Virus record (IMG/VR): IMGVR_UViG_3300032087_004763 | Coordinates: 64,001-128,000 of that record | Source: a virus | Strand: one strand, 5' to 3' | Length of the DNA: 64,000 nucleotides | Shown: positions 1 through 10,516 of the stretch, piece after piece | How the letters are laid out: the number at the start of each line of letters is the position of its first letter | How positions within the stretch are numbered: position 1 is the first letter of the stretch | Position numbers and translations under genes: made by a program | Notes under the pieces: generated by a model | What the model was told of the DNA's origin: nothing | The model's input: the letters and a program-made list of their open reading frames with translations, nothing else | Database searches by the model: none

Positions 1-285
1 TTGATTTTCTTCTAAGTAAATCGGTTTACTTAAAACGTCGAGTGTCGCGTCTGCCGGCACTCCAACAGTAGAAGCGATAGAATACGCAGTTCCAGAAATA
101 ACAACATCGACATCAATATTTGCATCGTTTGTTCCGTCGATATTTGAGACATAAAGAGCATTTACTTTAAAGACCTTGCCACTACTACTGGAATTAGAAG
201 CTACATTATTACCACTAGTAGTAATAGCTGTCCCTGTAGTTTTTCCTGTAATCGTAGCTACATTAACTATATTAGGTGCTGCCAT
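1..285 (-). CDS. Small virion structural protein, partial (runs off window start)
   Basis: Not in the ORF track. ATG at 285 reads MAAPNIVNVATITGKTTGTAITTSGNNVASNSSSSGKVFKVNALYVSNIDGTNDANIDV..., open to position 1, 3 nt after the stop of the fibre gene. Confidence 0.75.
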   Translation of the reverse strand, partial: MAAPNIVNVATITGKTTGTAITTSGNNVASNSSSSGKVFKVNALYVSNIDGTNDANIDVDVVISGTAYSIASTVGVPADATLDVLSKPIYLEENQ

Positions 286-288
286 TTG

Positions 289-3200
289 TTATCCTCCAAA
301 TACGATTGCCATGGCGATTGCTTTACCGGTAGTTACTCCGCTCTCTTGTCTCGCTTGGACATAAGCAGAGTCAACAAGCCCACTGACTTGTCCTGAGTCT
401 AAACCTTTACCACCAGGAATATTGAATACTGTTAGAACGTCATCTGAATCCGCACCGGTCACAAGAGTTACTGATGTACCATTTGTTGCTGAATAATCAT
501 CACTATCTACCAACAAGACACCGTTTAAGAATACGGCAACAGTGTTAGCGTTATAGCTTAATGAGTTTCCATTGTTATCATTTCCGCTAAATGATGTTGT
601 ATTAGCTGAAGTAACGGTGTATGCAAATTGTGTTAATCCAGCGTCTCCTTGAATTATATTTCTAACGTCTGCAGAATCTAAACCGCCAGCAGTAACAGTA
701 ATTGTTTTAGTTGCACCAGTACCTGATGCAGTTACTCCTGAACCCACAAAGTTAAGTGTAGTCGCAGCAGTAGAAAGCGAACTACCTTCTTCTTGTACCG
801 TAAGCGACGATCCACCACCGCCACCACCAAATGTACCAGTAGGTAATCTATCAGAATCAATTGTACCTGTTACAATGTCACTAGCTGATAACACCGGGAT
901 TCTAGCGGAATCAAATGTTCCTGATGTAATTTTAGAAGTAGGTAAATTTGGTATTGCCGATGTGCCAAGCGCTGCTACGAAAGCTGCATCAACATCAGCT
1001 GTGATGATACTACTAACTCGTACAGAATCTACAAAGTCTGTATCAATAACTGGTAGTTGAGATGTAAGTGCTAGTGTCCCGGTTGTAGTTGGTAATGTAA
1101 TATCTACATTTCCAGAATAATCACTATGTGCAGCAGACTTTAATCTTGTTCTATGTGCATTGGAAACTTCACAATAGAAGTCTGCGTACGCGACACTACC
1201 AGTACCTGTCCTGATTGTGATTCCGCCATCTTGTACAGTAACACCACCAGTTGATCCATTGCCATCAACTGTTAACACCGAGTCATCAATTAGACCTCTT
1301 AAAAACGTATTTGTGACTCGTGCATCAATTAATGTGTTAGTTTCTGCGGAATCAACAAAGTCTGTTCCAAGAGTCGGTATAGTAGGTGTATTACTAAAAT
1401 TAGTGTAATCAAGATAATATGATCCAGCCTGTCCACTTAATTTATTAGCGTTATCGGTTGGTGGTATTCTAGCTGAATCAATTGTGCCGGATGTAATGTC
1501 GCCAGCGGCTAACGCAGGAATGCGTGCTGAGTCCATAGTACCAGACGTAATGTCTGCTGCAGCTAGATCAGGTATTCTTGCCGAGTCAAATGTGCCTGAT
1601 GTAATTTTACTCGTAGGTAAATTAGGTATCGCTGACGTACCAAGAGCTGCAACAAAAGCAGCGTCTACGTCAGCAGTAATTATGGAACTAACACGAGCTG
1701 AGTCAACAAAGTTAGTGTCAATTGCTGGAATTGTTGGTGTATTTGTAAAGTTGTTGTAATTTAAATGATAGGCACTATTTTGACCACCCAGAGTATCAGC
1801 ATCAATTGTTAATGCGTTAATAAATGATGCATCAACATCTGCGGTGATAATCGAACTTACCCTAGCTGAATCAACAAAATCTGTGTCGACAGCAGGTATT
1901 GTTGGCGCACCAGTCAATGACGCGTAGGCAAAATCTTGTCTTAGTCTAACATGAGCTGAGTCTATTAACGCTATAGTTTCAATTGAGTCTAGCAATAATT
2001 GAAGAGCAACACTTGAGTCAATTGCATTTGCGGTAATTAACTTAATGGCCTCAGCTGAATCAATAAAGCTATTTCCAAGTGATGGTATTGTAGGTGTATT
2101 GCTGAAATTATTATAGTTTAAATGATAAGCGCTATTCTGGCCACCAAGAGTATCAGCATCAATCGTTAATGCGTTAATGAATGACGCATCAACGTCTGCG
2201 GTGATAATAGAACTAACACGAGCAGAGTCAACAAAGTCTGTGTCAACCACCGGTATTGATGCTGTGAATGTAATAGTATCTGTACCAGCATTTGTTGTAA
2301 TAGCAACACCACTACCGACAAGTGTTAATGTATCTGCTGTTGTGTCTGCTACTACATCACTTTGACCAGCTACCGAGATCGTTTTAAAAATCGGATCAGT
2401 CCCAGAGCCAGAAGCTTGTCGAGCTTGTACATAGGCTGAGTCAACTAATCCGATGACTGCTGCGGAATCAATACCACTACTTCCGCCTGACCCTCCACTC
2501 TGGCCAGGAGAGCCGCCTGACCCTCCACCAAATGTACCTGCAGGCAGTCTGGCTGAATCGATTGTGCCTGATGTAATGTCACTAGCTGATAACACCGGTA
2601 TTCTGGCTGAATCAAAGATTCCAGAAGTAATCTTCGATGTCGCAAGATTCGGTATAGCACTAGTTCCTAATGCAGCAACGAATGCAGCATCGACATCAGC
2701 TGTAATAATAGAACTAACTTGCGCAGAATCAATGTCACTTGATCCTCCACCACCGGTAGTAAATGTCCCTACAGGCAATCTGGCCGAATCAATAGTACCG
2801 GTAACGATATCAGAAGCACTCAGCCCTGGAATTCTAGCTGAATCGATTGTGCCTGATGCAATATCAGTAGCAGCTAATACTGGTATCCTTGCTGAATCAA
2901 GTGTTCCTGAATTAATTTGGCCTGCGCTAATTGATTTGTTAGTTAAAGTATCGGTAGAACTCGCAGTAATATAACTACCGAGATCACTGATCTGACTCTC
3001 AGTAATGCTCAAGCTTGCTTGATGTTGTGTTACATTACTAGCAGCAATTCTAGCATCAGCAAATGTGCCCGATGTGATTTTAGAAGTAGGTAAGTTTGGT
3101 ATCGCTGATGTACCAAGGGCTGCAATAAACGAAGCATCGACATCGGCCGTGATAATTGCACTTACACCAGCAGAATCTGGGAAATCAACGGTTGTGTACT

Positions 3201-3447
3201 TTATCTGATTAGTTTGAATATATCCAGCACTAATAAGAGCTAGTACTGCAGCTGAGTCTAGGCCACTTCCGCCGCTACCACCTGACTGAGCTTCAGCATA
3301 GGTTGCAATACGAGTACCACCAGCAGTTGCTCCGTCATGAACGCGTACCGTCTTATTAGTAGTATCGATTGTCAACTCACCCACAGATCCGGTAAACGCA
3401 TCGTTCTGGGTAGCAGTACCTCGTCTAAATTGTAAAGTAGTTGGCAT
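289..3447 (-). CDS. Fibre-like virion protein (1052 aa) with tandem SKITSGTxDSARIP and VDSARVSSIITADVD repeats
   Basis: N-terminal MPTTLQFRRGT...GELTIDT fibre attachment motif, Gly linkers, many internal repeats, C-terminal TTGKAIAMAIVFGG; late promoter immediately upstream. Confidence 0.8.
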   Translation of the reverse strand: MPTTLQFRRGTATQNDAFTGSVGELTIDTTNKTVRVHDGATAGGTRIATYAEAQSGGSGGSGLDSAAVLALISAGYIQTNQIKYTTVDFPDSAGVSAIITADVDASFIAALGTSAIPNLPTSKITSGTFADARIAASNVTQHQASLSITESQISDLGSYITASSTDTLTNKSISAGQINSGTLDSARIPVLAATDIASGTIDSARIPGLSASDIVTGTIDSARLPVGTFTTGGGGSSDIDSAQVSSIITADVDAAFVAALGTSAIPNLATSKITSGIFDSARIPVLSASDITSGTIDSARLPAGTFGGGSGGSPGQSGGSGGSSGIDSAAVIGLVDSAYVQARQASGSGTDPIFKTISVAGQSDVVADTTADTLTLVGSGVAITTNAGTDTITFTASIPVVDTDFVDSARVSSIITADVDASFINALTIDADTLGGQNSAYHLNYNNFSNTPTIPSLGNSFIDSAEAIKLITANAIDSSVALQLLLDSIETIALIDSAHVRLRQDFAYASLTGAPTIPAVDTDFVDSARVSSIITADVDASFINALTIDADTLGGQNSAYHLNYNNFTNTPTIPAIDTNFVDSARVSSIITADVDAAFVAALGTSAIPNLPTSKITSGTFDSARIPDLAAADITSGTMDSARIPALAAGDITSGTIDSARIPPTDNANKLSGQAGSYYLDYTNFSNTPTIPTLGTDFVDSAETNTLIDARVTNTFLRGLIDDSVLTVDGNGSTGGVTVQDGGITIRTGTGSVAYADFYCEVSNAHRTRLKSAAHSDYSGNVDITLPTTTGTLALTSQLPVIDTDFVDSVRVSSIITADVDAAFVAALGTSAIPNLPTSKITSGTFDSARIPVLSASDIVTGTIDSDRLPTGTFGGGGGGSSLTVQEEGSSLSTAATTLNFVGSGVTASGTGATKTITVTAGGLDSADVRNIIQGDAGLTQFAYTVTSANTTSFSGNDNNGNSLSYNANTVAVFLNGVLLVDSDDYSATNGTSVTLVTGADSDDVLTVFNIPGGKGLDSGQVSGLVDSAYVQARQESGVTTGKAIAMAIVFGG

Positions 3448-3474
3448 CGCTTCTAACCTTTAAAATACTTGTAC

Positions 3475-3482
3475 TATTTATA
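3475..3482 (-). promoter_or_regulatory. T4-type late promoter TATAAATA
   Basis: Exact gp55 consensus just upstream of the 289..3447 start. Confidence 0.8.
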
Positions 3483-3486
3483 ACCA

Positions 3487-4725
3487 TTATAATGAACCTA
3501 AATCTAAACTGGCAACAGCCGCATCTGGTTTTAAACAGTCGTAAAATGTCCTTTGTTCTTCGCCAAAAGGTCCTAAATCTTTATCTCCAAGACCTGTTTC
3601 AGTAAACACACCTGCGCTATCGCCTTGTGTTTTTCTTAGGTCAAAGTTTGTTGTGCCCGGTATCTCGGTAGATAAAGTTCTATTTAGTGTTGAACCACTT
3701 ATCTCTTGCCGGCTACCTTCAGCATCTGTTACAAGAATACCGCCGCTAGTAGCATTAACAGAAATTTCACCTAAAAATAAACTGCTATTAGATAGGTATA
3801 AGTCTTTCCATTTTTTAGTCGGTGAACCTAAACTATAGACTGAGTCTACGGCTGGGACTAAACTTTGTTGTAGTGCGGAAAGGTAAGCAGAATCTGTTGT
3901 ACCCGTTCCACCTCCACCAGTATCGGCCTCACGAAGAGAAACATAAGCAGAGTCAACTGTAGATGTAATAAGATCAAGGACATCTCTTTCACCGAGACCA
4001 CCACCACCGAGTGAGGCTAATGATTTATTTACATTTGATACAAACCTTTGATAGTCTCCCTGATACCTATCTAATAAAGGTTTTGCATCCTCAAGAGTTA
4101 AATCCTTTCCAGCTGGTCCTTCAGGCCCTTGTAGTCCCTGAGGTCCAGTATCACCTTTCTCGCCTTTGTCTCCACGATCTCCTTTTGGCCCAACTAATCC
4201 TTGAAGTCCACGTTCTCCTTGGATTCCTTGGTCACCTTTGACACCTCGATCACCTTGTAATCCTCTGGGTCCTTGAGGACCAATGGCCCCCCGTTCTCCA
4301 GTCTCACCTTTCTCTCCACGAAGGCCTGGTATTCCCTGCTGTCCAGATAATCCGGACGGGCCTTGTGGCCCTTGAAGACCGGTATCACCTCTATCTCCTT
4401 TTTCCCCTTTTGGACCAGCTGGACCTATAAGTCCCTGCTCACCGATGAGACCTTGCTCACCCTGAATACCTTGAGGTCCTTGCTCTCCGATAGGACCAGC
4501 AGGACCTTGTAATCCTTGGGGGCCTTGTTCACCTATAAGACCTTGTTCACCGCGCTCACCCTGTGGCCCTTGCTCTCCAGTAAGACCAATAGGGCCAATA
4601 TCACCACGATCACCTTGAGGTCCTTGTCTGCCTCTCTTCGGTGGGTGAGATTTTATCTCTGCAATGTCTTCTTTCAGGTTCTTGATTGCAAGAGCCAGAA
4701 GAGCCTCATTGATAATATTCTTCAT
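3487..4725 (-). CDS. Collagen triple-helix repeat protein
   Basis: About 175 aa of Gly-X-Y ([12 protein letters not shown]...), followed by a C-terminal [16 protein letters not shown] fibre motif. Confidence 0.9.
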   Translation of the reverse strand: MKNIINEALLALAIKNLKEDIAEIKSHPPKRGRQGPQGDRGDIGPIGLTGEQGPQGERGEQGLIGEQGPQGLQGPAGPIGEQGPQGIQGEQGLIGEQGLIGPAGPKGEKGDRGDTGLQGPQGPSGLSGQQGIPGLRGEKGETGERGAIGPQGPRGLQGDRGVKGDQGIQGERGLQGLVGPKGDRGDKGEKGDTGPQGLQGPEGPAGKDLTLEDAKPLLDRYQGDYQRFVSNVNKSLASLGGGGLGERDVLDLITSTVDSAYVSLREADTGGGGTGTTDSAYLSALQQSLVPAVDSVYSLGSPTKKWKDLYLSNSSLFLGEISVNATSGGILVTDAEGSRQEISGSTLNRTLSTEIPGTTNFDLRKTQGDSAGVFTETGLGDKDLGPFGEEQRTFYDCLKPDAAVASLDLGSL

Positions 4726-4726
4726 C

Positions 4727-6358
4727 TTAACTCTTCAGTACAGTAGCGATACTAGACAACACTTCTAATTCTTTTTCTTTCAGACTGTGGTCTATAGTTT
4801 CCTCTATTTCTAACTGAGCTGGTTCATCTTCATCTTGGTATTCAATATAGTCATATGATTCTTCTTGTGGCTCCTCTTCTTGGCCACCTTCACCGTTAAT
4901 TTCTTTCTGCATATTATCGATATCTTCATCACTGAAATGCAGGATATTCTTCATGACCCACTCTTTTGAGAAATATTCACCGACGTAGTTTTGCACCTGA
5001 TCAAGTGATTGTAGCTTTTCTCTTAGTATCTCTGCATCTTTTAATTCAGAGAAATGATTATCCATTGCGTAGGTTACAACAAGATCAGACTTCCAGTTAT
5101 TCCAATCTTCTTCTGTAATAATACCTTTGAGAATCAATTGCTTCTTTAGGATACCCATGAATAGGTGTGAGAATCTTCTACGCAGTCGATCAATAAATTT
5201 CTGAAACTTTAACTCATCTCGAGTAATCTCTGATGATCTACCAAGAGAGAACTGTGCTTCTTGCTCAAGCCTGTTGATCGGCACATTGAGTGCTCTGTAC
5301 ATTTTCTTCTGGAAGTACACGATGTCTTCGATCTCACCTAAGTTCTGACCACCTGGCAGAGATGATACCTCTGTTCCACGACCACCTTCTCTACGCGGTA
5401 ACCAGAAATCTTCTAGGAGAGCTTGGTGTTTACGGTCATCACGGATCTCACCAGTTTTTGCATCATAGACAAGTTTGTTACGATATCTTGTCATGATATC
5501 TTTCATGTACTGCTCAGCTTTACCGGTAGGCAAGTTACCTACGTCGATATAGAACATTCTTCTCTCGGGTGCACGCGCAAGACGATAGATAACTAACGCA
5601 TCTTCCATCATCCGAAGTTGATTGATTGGCTTCAGTGCTTTGTGTAGATACGAGACGATCTTTTTACGATCTTCGTTCAACAAGCCAGATGTGACATATG
5701 ATACTGCGTCTTCTGTGAGTTTAACGCCAGATGTCTTCATTGCACCTGGTTTTTCCTGATAGATGTAGTACTCGTCTACTTTTTCAATCAGCTTTGCACC
5801 AGTCGCTTGGTCTGTTTTTGTTTTAATCTGTTTTACTTTACGCATTCTTGATGCATCAATAGGTCGAATCTCTTGAATACCAGCTTTGAGATTTGACTCA
5901 TTAACAACCAAGTGATGGAACAATCTTCCATCAACATACCATCTACGGAATATGTCATGACCGTAGTCACTAAAATCTAACATTGCGTAGATGTTATCAA
6001 ATTCTTCTTTGATCTGTTTCTTAATAGAATCAGAGATATCAATACCATCAGTGTTGATATCAGCAATCATTGCATTATCGCTAATAGTAATGGACTCATT
6101 GACAATCTCTTCAATCGCCATATCGACTTCTGGATGCATCGCGACCCCACGATACTGCATCATTAACTGATAATTATCCTTTGAGTCATCACCGTCGATA
6201 TTCAGATATTGCCCATAGTGTAGACCTGAAGCAGATACATATCCCGCGCCATCATCATCACGAGCTGGAACAATAGAAGGTTTTTTAGTCGGATCCTCCG
6301 ACGCCGCCTTCTTTATTTCGAAACCGAATAAACGAAATCCTCTATCTGCTTCTGCCAT
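4727..6358 (-). CDS. gp20: Portal vertex protein
   Basis: Motifs RRWYVDGR, LRMMEDALVIYRLARAPERRMFYIDVGN, EDFWLPRREGGRGTE; position after gp19. Confidence 0.97.
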   Translation of the reverse strand: MAEADRGFRLFGFEIKKAASEDPTKKPSIVPARDDDGAGYVSASGLHYGQYLNIDGDDSKDNYQLMMQYRGVAMHPEVDMAIEEIVNESITISDNAMIADINTDGIDISDSIKKQIKEEFDNIYAMLDFSDYGHDIFRRWYVDGRLFHHLVVNESNLKAGIQEIRPIDASRMRKVKQIKTKTDQATGAKLIEKVDEYYIYQEKPGAMKTSGVKLTEDAVSYVTSGLLNEDRKKIVSYLHKALKPINQLRMMEDALVIYRLARAPERRMFYIDVGNLPTGKAEQYMKDIMTRYRNKLVYDAKTGEIRDDRKHQALLEDFWLPRREGGRGTEVSSLPGGQNLGEIEDIVYFQKKMYRALNVPINRLEQEAQFSLGRSSEITRDELKFQKFIDRLRRRFSHLFMGILKKQLILKGIITEEDWNNWKSDLVVTYAMDNHFSELKDAEILREKLQSLDQVQNYVGEYFSKEWVMKNILHFSDEDIDNMQKEINGEGGQEEEPQEESYDYIEYQDEDEPAQLEIEETIDHSLKEKELEVLSSIATVLKS

Positions 6359-6376
6359 ATTCTTTCCTTATGAGAG

Positions 6377-6399
6377 AGGGACCAGTTGTCCTGGTCCCT
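6377..6399 (-). terminator. Stem-loop between gp19 and gp20 (attenuator or processing hairpin)
   Basis: AGGGACCAG-5 nt-CTGGTCCCT perfect 9-bp inverted repeat; no clear U-tract on the minus strand. Confidence 0.5.
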
Positions 6400-6415
6400 T
6401 CCCTTTTATATATTA

Positions 6416-6943
6416 CTAAGTTGTGGTGTTAGTTTCGAAGTACTGGAACTCGAAGGTACATGTGAACCTTTCGATTTCATCAGTCGCTGTGTAACTTACA
6501 TCAATCGGTGAGAGGTCAGTTGGAAACGCGCCACGAATGTCGTATTTCTTTACTGTCTCTCCACTACGATCAAGCTGCTCTACAAACAGATCAGCCTCGT
6601 ACAAGACCGGTGATGCAAGACCTGCGTTAGTTGAATGAGCATTAATACCATTCATCCAACGCTCAAGACCATCACGTACCGCAAAGTCAGTATCATTAAT
6701 GATCGTGACTGTCCACGGTGCAAATGTCCTGTCTCCAGCCATCTTTAACTGTCGACCACGGAAAGGAACAATAATTGTTCCAAACGTTGATCCGGGTAGC
6801 TGAGCTGTTTCGCACAAGAAACTTGTGACTTCTACATCTCCTCCCGCATACCCTGGGTAGTTGATCGTCGCCTTGAATAAATTAGGACGAGCGCCACCAC
6901 CTCTTAGTTTTGCTTTAAAGTCATCGACTCCTAAAACTGCCAT
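6416..6943 (-). CDS. gp19: Tail tube protein
   Basis: GGARPNLF, FRGRQLKMAGDRTFAPWTVTIIND motifs; between sheath and portal. Confidence 0.96.
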   Translation of the reverse strand: MAVLGVDDFKAKLRGGGARPNLFKATINYPGYAGGDVEVTSFLCETAQLPGSTFGTIIVPFRGRQLKMAGDRTFAPWTVTIINDTDFAVRDGLERWMNGINAHSTNAGLASPVLYEADLFVEQLDRSGETVKKYDIRGAFPTDLSPIDVSYTATDEIERFTCTFEFQYFETNTTT

Positions 6944-6954
6944 TTTCTATCTCC

Positions 6955-8844
6955 TTACACTGTGCCTACGACTTCTTCGAAGTCCACACCAGTTCTCACA
7001 GCTACGAATGACAGAGTCACGTAGTTGATTGAACGTGCTGGCTTAATGAAGATGTCAGCTTTGAACTCATTACGATCGATGACAGCTGCAGTATTGTTTG
7101 TTTCGTCACACACGACTCTAAAGTCTGTGATACCCCGTCTTCCCTGTACTTCACGAAGTACTGGTTCGACAATGTTGACAAACTCAGCTCTGGTGAATTC
7201 ATCGTTGAACTCAAACAGAATCTGTTCTGCTGCTCTACCAATCGCTCTTTCTAAAATCAAGAATAAACGTCTTACGTTAATTCTATCAAACGCAGATACT
7301 CTTCCTAGGAATGTCTTATCTCCAAAGAGAAGAGCACCTTGTCCAGGAATGTTAGCAATTGGGTTAATACCCGCTTTATAAAGAGTATCTCTTTGAGCTT
7401 TTGTTGGGCTATAGTTAAGAGATGTAATGCCTAGAAGTTGACCACGTCTTGATCCAGCTGGTGAGAACCATGCTGCACGATTAATGTCCGTGGATGCCAT
7501 GATGCCTGCAACAGTTGAAGCCGCAGCAACATCGACATAACGATCATTGAACTTATCATAGACCTTAATGTAGTTATTATCTACAATCAGATATGATGAT
7601 CTGGTAAATGTCTCTGCCGTAGCAACAGTATTTGTTACCTTTGTAGCATCTGAAGTTTCATTGAGTAGGTCATCTCTACAAGGAGATGTGACAACTACAC
7701 AGTCCTTTCTAGCAGTCGCTGTTGCAACAAGGTCGTTGACGATTGTTGTTAAATTAGTTCTGCTAAACTGAGATGGCGCAACTAAGAAGTCAATCTCAAC
7801 TTGATCTTTATCTTCAAACAGATCGTGAGCAGTTGCAAACTCTGATGTACCAGCAGGACCGCCGTCAAGACCATCGGTCAATGATATTTCGTTCTTAAAT
7901 TGACCTGCAGTAGATCTACTACTATCAAGCCCGTAAGCCTTATTATCAACTGCAGCAGCTCCCGCGCCGATTGCAGTTTGATCTGAGTCAAAATTAAGAA
8001 GATAAATGTATTGTGATCTTTCGTTAATCACATCTTTTGCATAGATACTGACTCCTTCGTCGTTCTTTGCGTCAGACAGAATTGAAAGACCATCAAATCT
8101 TTCTAGAACGGTTCCCTTTGTTCCTGTTAGTAAACCATCCTCATCGACGACAATGTAATGAACTTCGTCGCCATTAGCTCCTTTATCAGCAGCAAACTTA
8201 GTAGTACCTGGTTTAGCATCAAATTCTGCTTTATACGTCCAAAGATTGTAATCAGAATCCGTACTAGTAGCCATAGCGTCAGTACTAGACAACAGTCCGG
8301 CATACGAAACCTTGATGCTGTTTCCTACGTTTCCAGGAACTCGAGCAACAAAAGAGTACTTGCCTGTTACGCTTGAAGAATCTACAGTTGCAAAGTCTTG
8401 ACCGTCCACAGCTGCAGCAAGTGTAGATTGCCTTGCATCAAAGTTAGCTTTGTTTAGAATCTTTGGATTAGCTAGGTTTAAGAAACCTTGATTGTTCGAA
8501 TCAAAGTTTTGTGCGCTATATCCACGCGATGTTAAAGCATGCGCACTAGCAATACCATTGTTCTCGGTTCGAACAACTACTAAGCTATTTGAATATCTTA
8601 AAAATTGTGTAGCCGAAAGAAAATCTCTCGACATCCACGATTGTGTTAAATCGCTATCTACAGGTGCACCAAATGTTTCGACTAGTTCGGTTTCATTCGC
8701 GATGTTTACGCGCTCACCGACCGGTCCCCATTTAAACTGACCCGCAATAGCTCCCGTTGATGACTGGACGTTTGGAACGCCACCAGTCAGATCGATCTCC
8801 CTTACGACAACCGCAGGAGATTCGGAAGGTGAAAAGAGTGCCAT
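6955..8844 (-). CDS. gp18: Tail sheath protein
   Basis: SPAVVVREIDLT N-terminus, WFSPAG, FDRINVRRLF, IKPARSINY motifs. Confidence 0.97.
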   Translation of the reverse strand: MALFSPSESPAVVVREIDLTGGVPNVQSSTGAIAGQFKWGPVGERVNIANETELVETFGAPVDSDLTQSWMSRDFLSATQFLRYSNSLVVVRTENNGIASAHALTSRGYSAQNFDSNNQGFLNLANPKILNKANFDARQSTLAAAVDGQDFATVDSSSVTGKYSFVARVPGNVGNSIKVSYAGLLSSTDAMATSTDSDYNLWTYKAEFDAKPGTTKFAADKGANGDEVHYIVVDEDGLLTGTKGTVLERFDGLSILSDAKNDEGVSIYAKDVINERSQYIYLLNFDSDQTAIGAGAAAVDNKAYGLDSSRSTAGQFKNEISLTDGLDGGPAGTSEFATAHDLFEDKDQVEIDFLVAPSQFSRTNLTTIVNDLVATATARKDCVVVTSPCRDDLLNETSDATKVTNTVATAETFTRSSYLIVDNNYIKVYDKFNDRYVDVAAASTVAGIMASTDINRAAWFSPAGSRRGQLLGITSLNYSPTKAQRDTLYKAGINPIANIPGQGALLFGDKTFLGRVSAFDRINVRRLFLILERAIGRAAEQILFEFNDEFTRAEFVNIVEPVLREVQGRRGITDFRVVCDETNNTAAVIDRNEFKADIFIKPARSINYVTLSFVAVRTGVDFEEVVGTV

Positions 8845-8906
8845 TTTTGTTTCCTCTATTAATGATATGAATTCATAATACGGTTGTTAGTTTTTCAATT
8901 CACTAT

Positions 8907-8922
8907 TATTTATATATTTATA
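8907..8922 (-). promoter_or_regulatory. Two tandem T4-type late promoters TATAAATA
   Basis: Plus-strand tatttata at 8907-8914 and 8915-8922, upstream of gp18. Confidence 0.75.
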
Positions 8923-10516
8923 GATTTGGGTCGTATTCCACAGCCCACGGACCATCTTCATTTTCTATTTTTCGAATGGCATCAGATCCGTCATCTATAA
9001 ATCCAAAAGGAACCATATCATCTTGTATCTCTTTCATTTTCTTTTCAAACAGCATTTGTTTAAGATCAATATCAGTCATATCACCGAAATATTGCGTAGA
9101 AGCAAAATAGCCAAACATAACTAGGTTCATCATCAGGTCATCATGATTACCTACACTTGCCTGATAGCTAGTGCCTTTTGCTTCGAACGTAGATATCTCG
9201 AGTATTGTGTGCTCGTCCACAACCTTGAGTTTATTATTTTCTAGGATATCTTTAATAGCTGAGCAGCCGAGCCTCTTGACTTTTCGGTTCATTTCAATAC
9301 CGAGACCAGATGCTTTGACTGATGAAGACGCGTGTAGATTTTCATATTCTAGATCGTGGTATAAGCCATTACACACGACGGATCCCTGATCGTTTGACTC
9401 AACGACGATGTAAGCATCATTGTAGACTTTCGCGTACTTATATATAATGTTAGGGAAGAGTATAGGCGAGATAGTGTTATTGCGATACACGGCGACCTGC
9501 TCAAAAGGCCGGACTGAAATATCGATCAAGTTAAAAGTAGAATAGTCTTGACCTCTTCCTTTTGATACATCTACTGTCATAACATATTCGTGTTGTTTAG
9601 TCGTCTCTTTATAGACGAGAAGGTCTCCCGCTTCAAGGGTTCGAATAGGGTTATGCGCTCGGAGGCTCATCAGTGTTTCGGCATTGATGAGTGTATCACC
9701 TGTACCGAAGAAGGTATTACCAAATTCTTGGTCGAATTGTAACTGAGAAGTGTTTGCTATTGTCTGCGCTTTCCATACCTCATCTCGACCTGGAACATCC
9801 CACCAGTCCACACGGAACGGGTTAAATTCGTTGACTCCTTGGACTGCGCCTTCCCATATCTTATGAAAAACATTACCGATACCATTAGCGGTTGACGTCA
9901 CAATGATCTTTGTTTCTTTACCTGACGATACAACCGGATAGGTTGATGTATAAAACTCTGCTGCACGTTCGACGAATGCAAACTCATCGAGATACAAGAG
10001 GTTGACTGACATACCACGAATAGAAGAACCAGATGTCGCTGCAGCAACAATCCGTGAGTTATTACTAAACTCAATCGATCCTTTGTTGAGTGCCTTACAC
10101 CCAGGCTGTAGAAAGAACGGTATATTCTCGAGCATCAACGTGATACGGCCAAGCATCTCACGTGCTGTCGCACCCTTGTTTGCCATGACCGCAACTGTTT
10201 TCTCTGAGTGAAATAGCGCATACCACAGAAGATAAGCACAGGCAGATATTGATTTACCGGACTGACGGCATGCAAGAACAATATTGAATCGATTGTTCTG
10301 GAAGTGGTTGAACATGTCCCTTTGATAAGGATATAGATTGAATGTCACTAAACCTTGATCGAGAGCGATTACTTTAACATACTTTTCACAAAAGTACACA
10401 GGGTCGTTCATACATTTCGCGTACTCCTGTATAAGCTCAGGCTCCCACTTTTGCTGAACTCCATCACGTTTTACGTTTGGGTTGCCGAGATAACTACTCG
10501 TCTGTTGGGGTAACAT
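8918..10516 (-). CDS. gp17: Large terminase subunit (probable start MLPQQ at 10516)
   Basis: YLGNPN, Walker A RQSGKS, Walker B YLDEFAF, nuclease DVSKGRGQDYS and HDDLMM. Confidence 0.97.
   Translation of the reverse strand: MLPQQTSSYLGNPNVKRDGVQQKWEPELIQEYAKCMNDPVYFCEKYVKVIALDQGLVTFNLYPYQRDMFNHFQNNRFNIVLACRQSGKSISACAYLLWYALFHSEKTVAVMANKGATAREMLGRITLMLENIPFFLQPGCKALNKGSIEFSNNSRIVAAATSGSSIRGMSVNLLYLDEFAFVERAAEFYTSTYPVVSSGKETKIIVTSTANGIGNVFHKIWEGAVQGVNEFNPFRVDWWDVPGRDEVWKAQTIANTSQLQFDQEFGNTFFGTGDTLINAETLMSLRAHNPIRTLEAGDLLVYKETTKQHEYVMTVDVSKGRGQDYSTFNLIDISVRPFEQVAVYRNNTISPILFPNIIYKYAKVYNDAYIVVESNDQGSVVCNGLYHDLEYENLHASSSVKASGLGIEMNRKVKRLGCSAIKDILENNKLKVVDEHTILEISTFEAKGTSYQASVGNHDDLMMNLVMFGYFASTQYFGDMTDIDLKQMLFEKKMKEIQDDMVPFGFIDDGSDAIRKIENEDGPWAVEYDPNL

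Noticed and set aside
176-2974. Plus-strand ORFs antisense to the fibre genes (e.g. 2453..2974; likewise 15827..16354 and 23230..23628)
   Set aside because: Shadow frames of repetitive, codon-biased minus-strand genes; no SD and no recognisable motifs.
4090-4640. GC-rich 9-nt periodic repeats resembling a repeat array
   Set aside because: Explained by collagen Gly-X-Y coding; no repeat-spacer structure, so not CRISPR.
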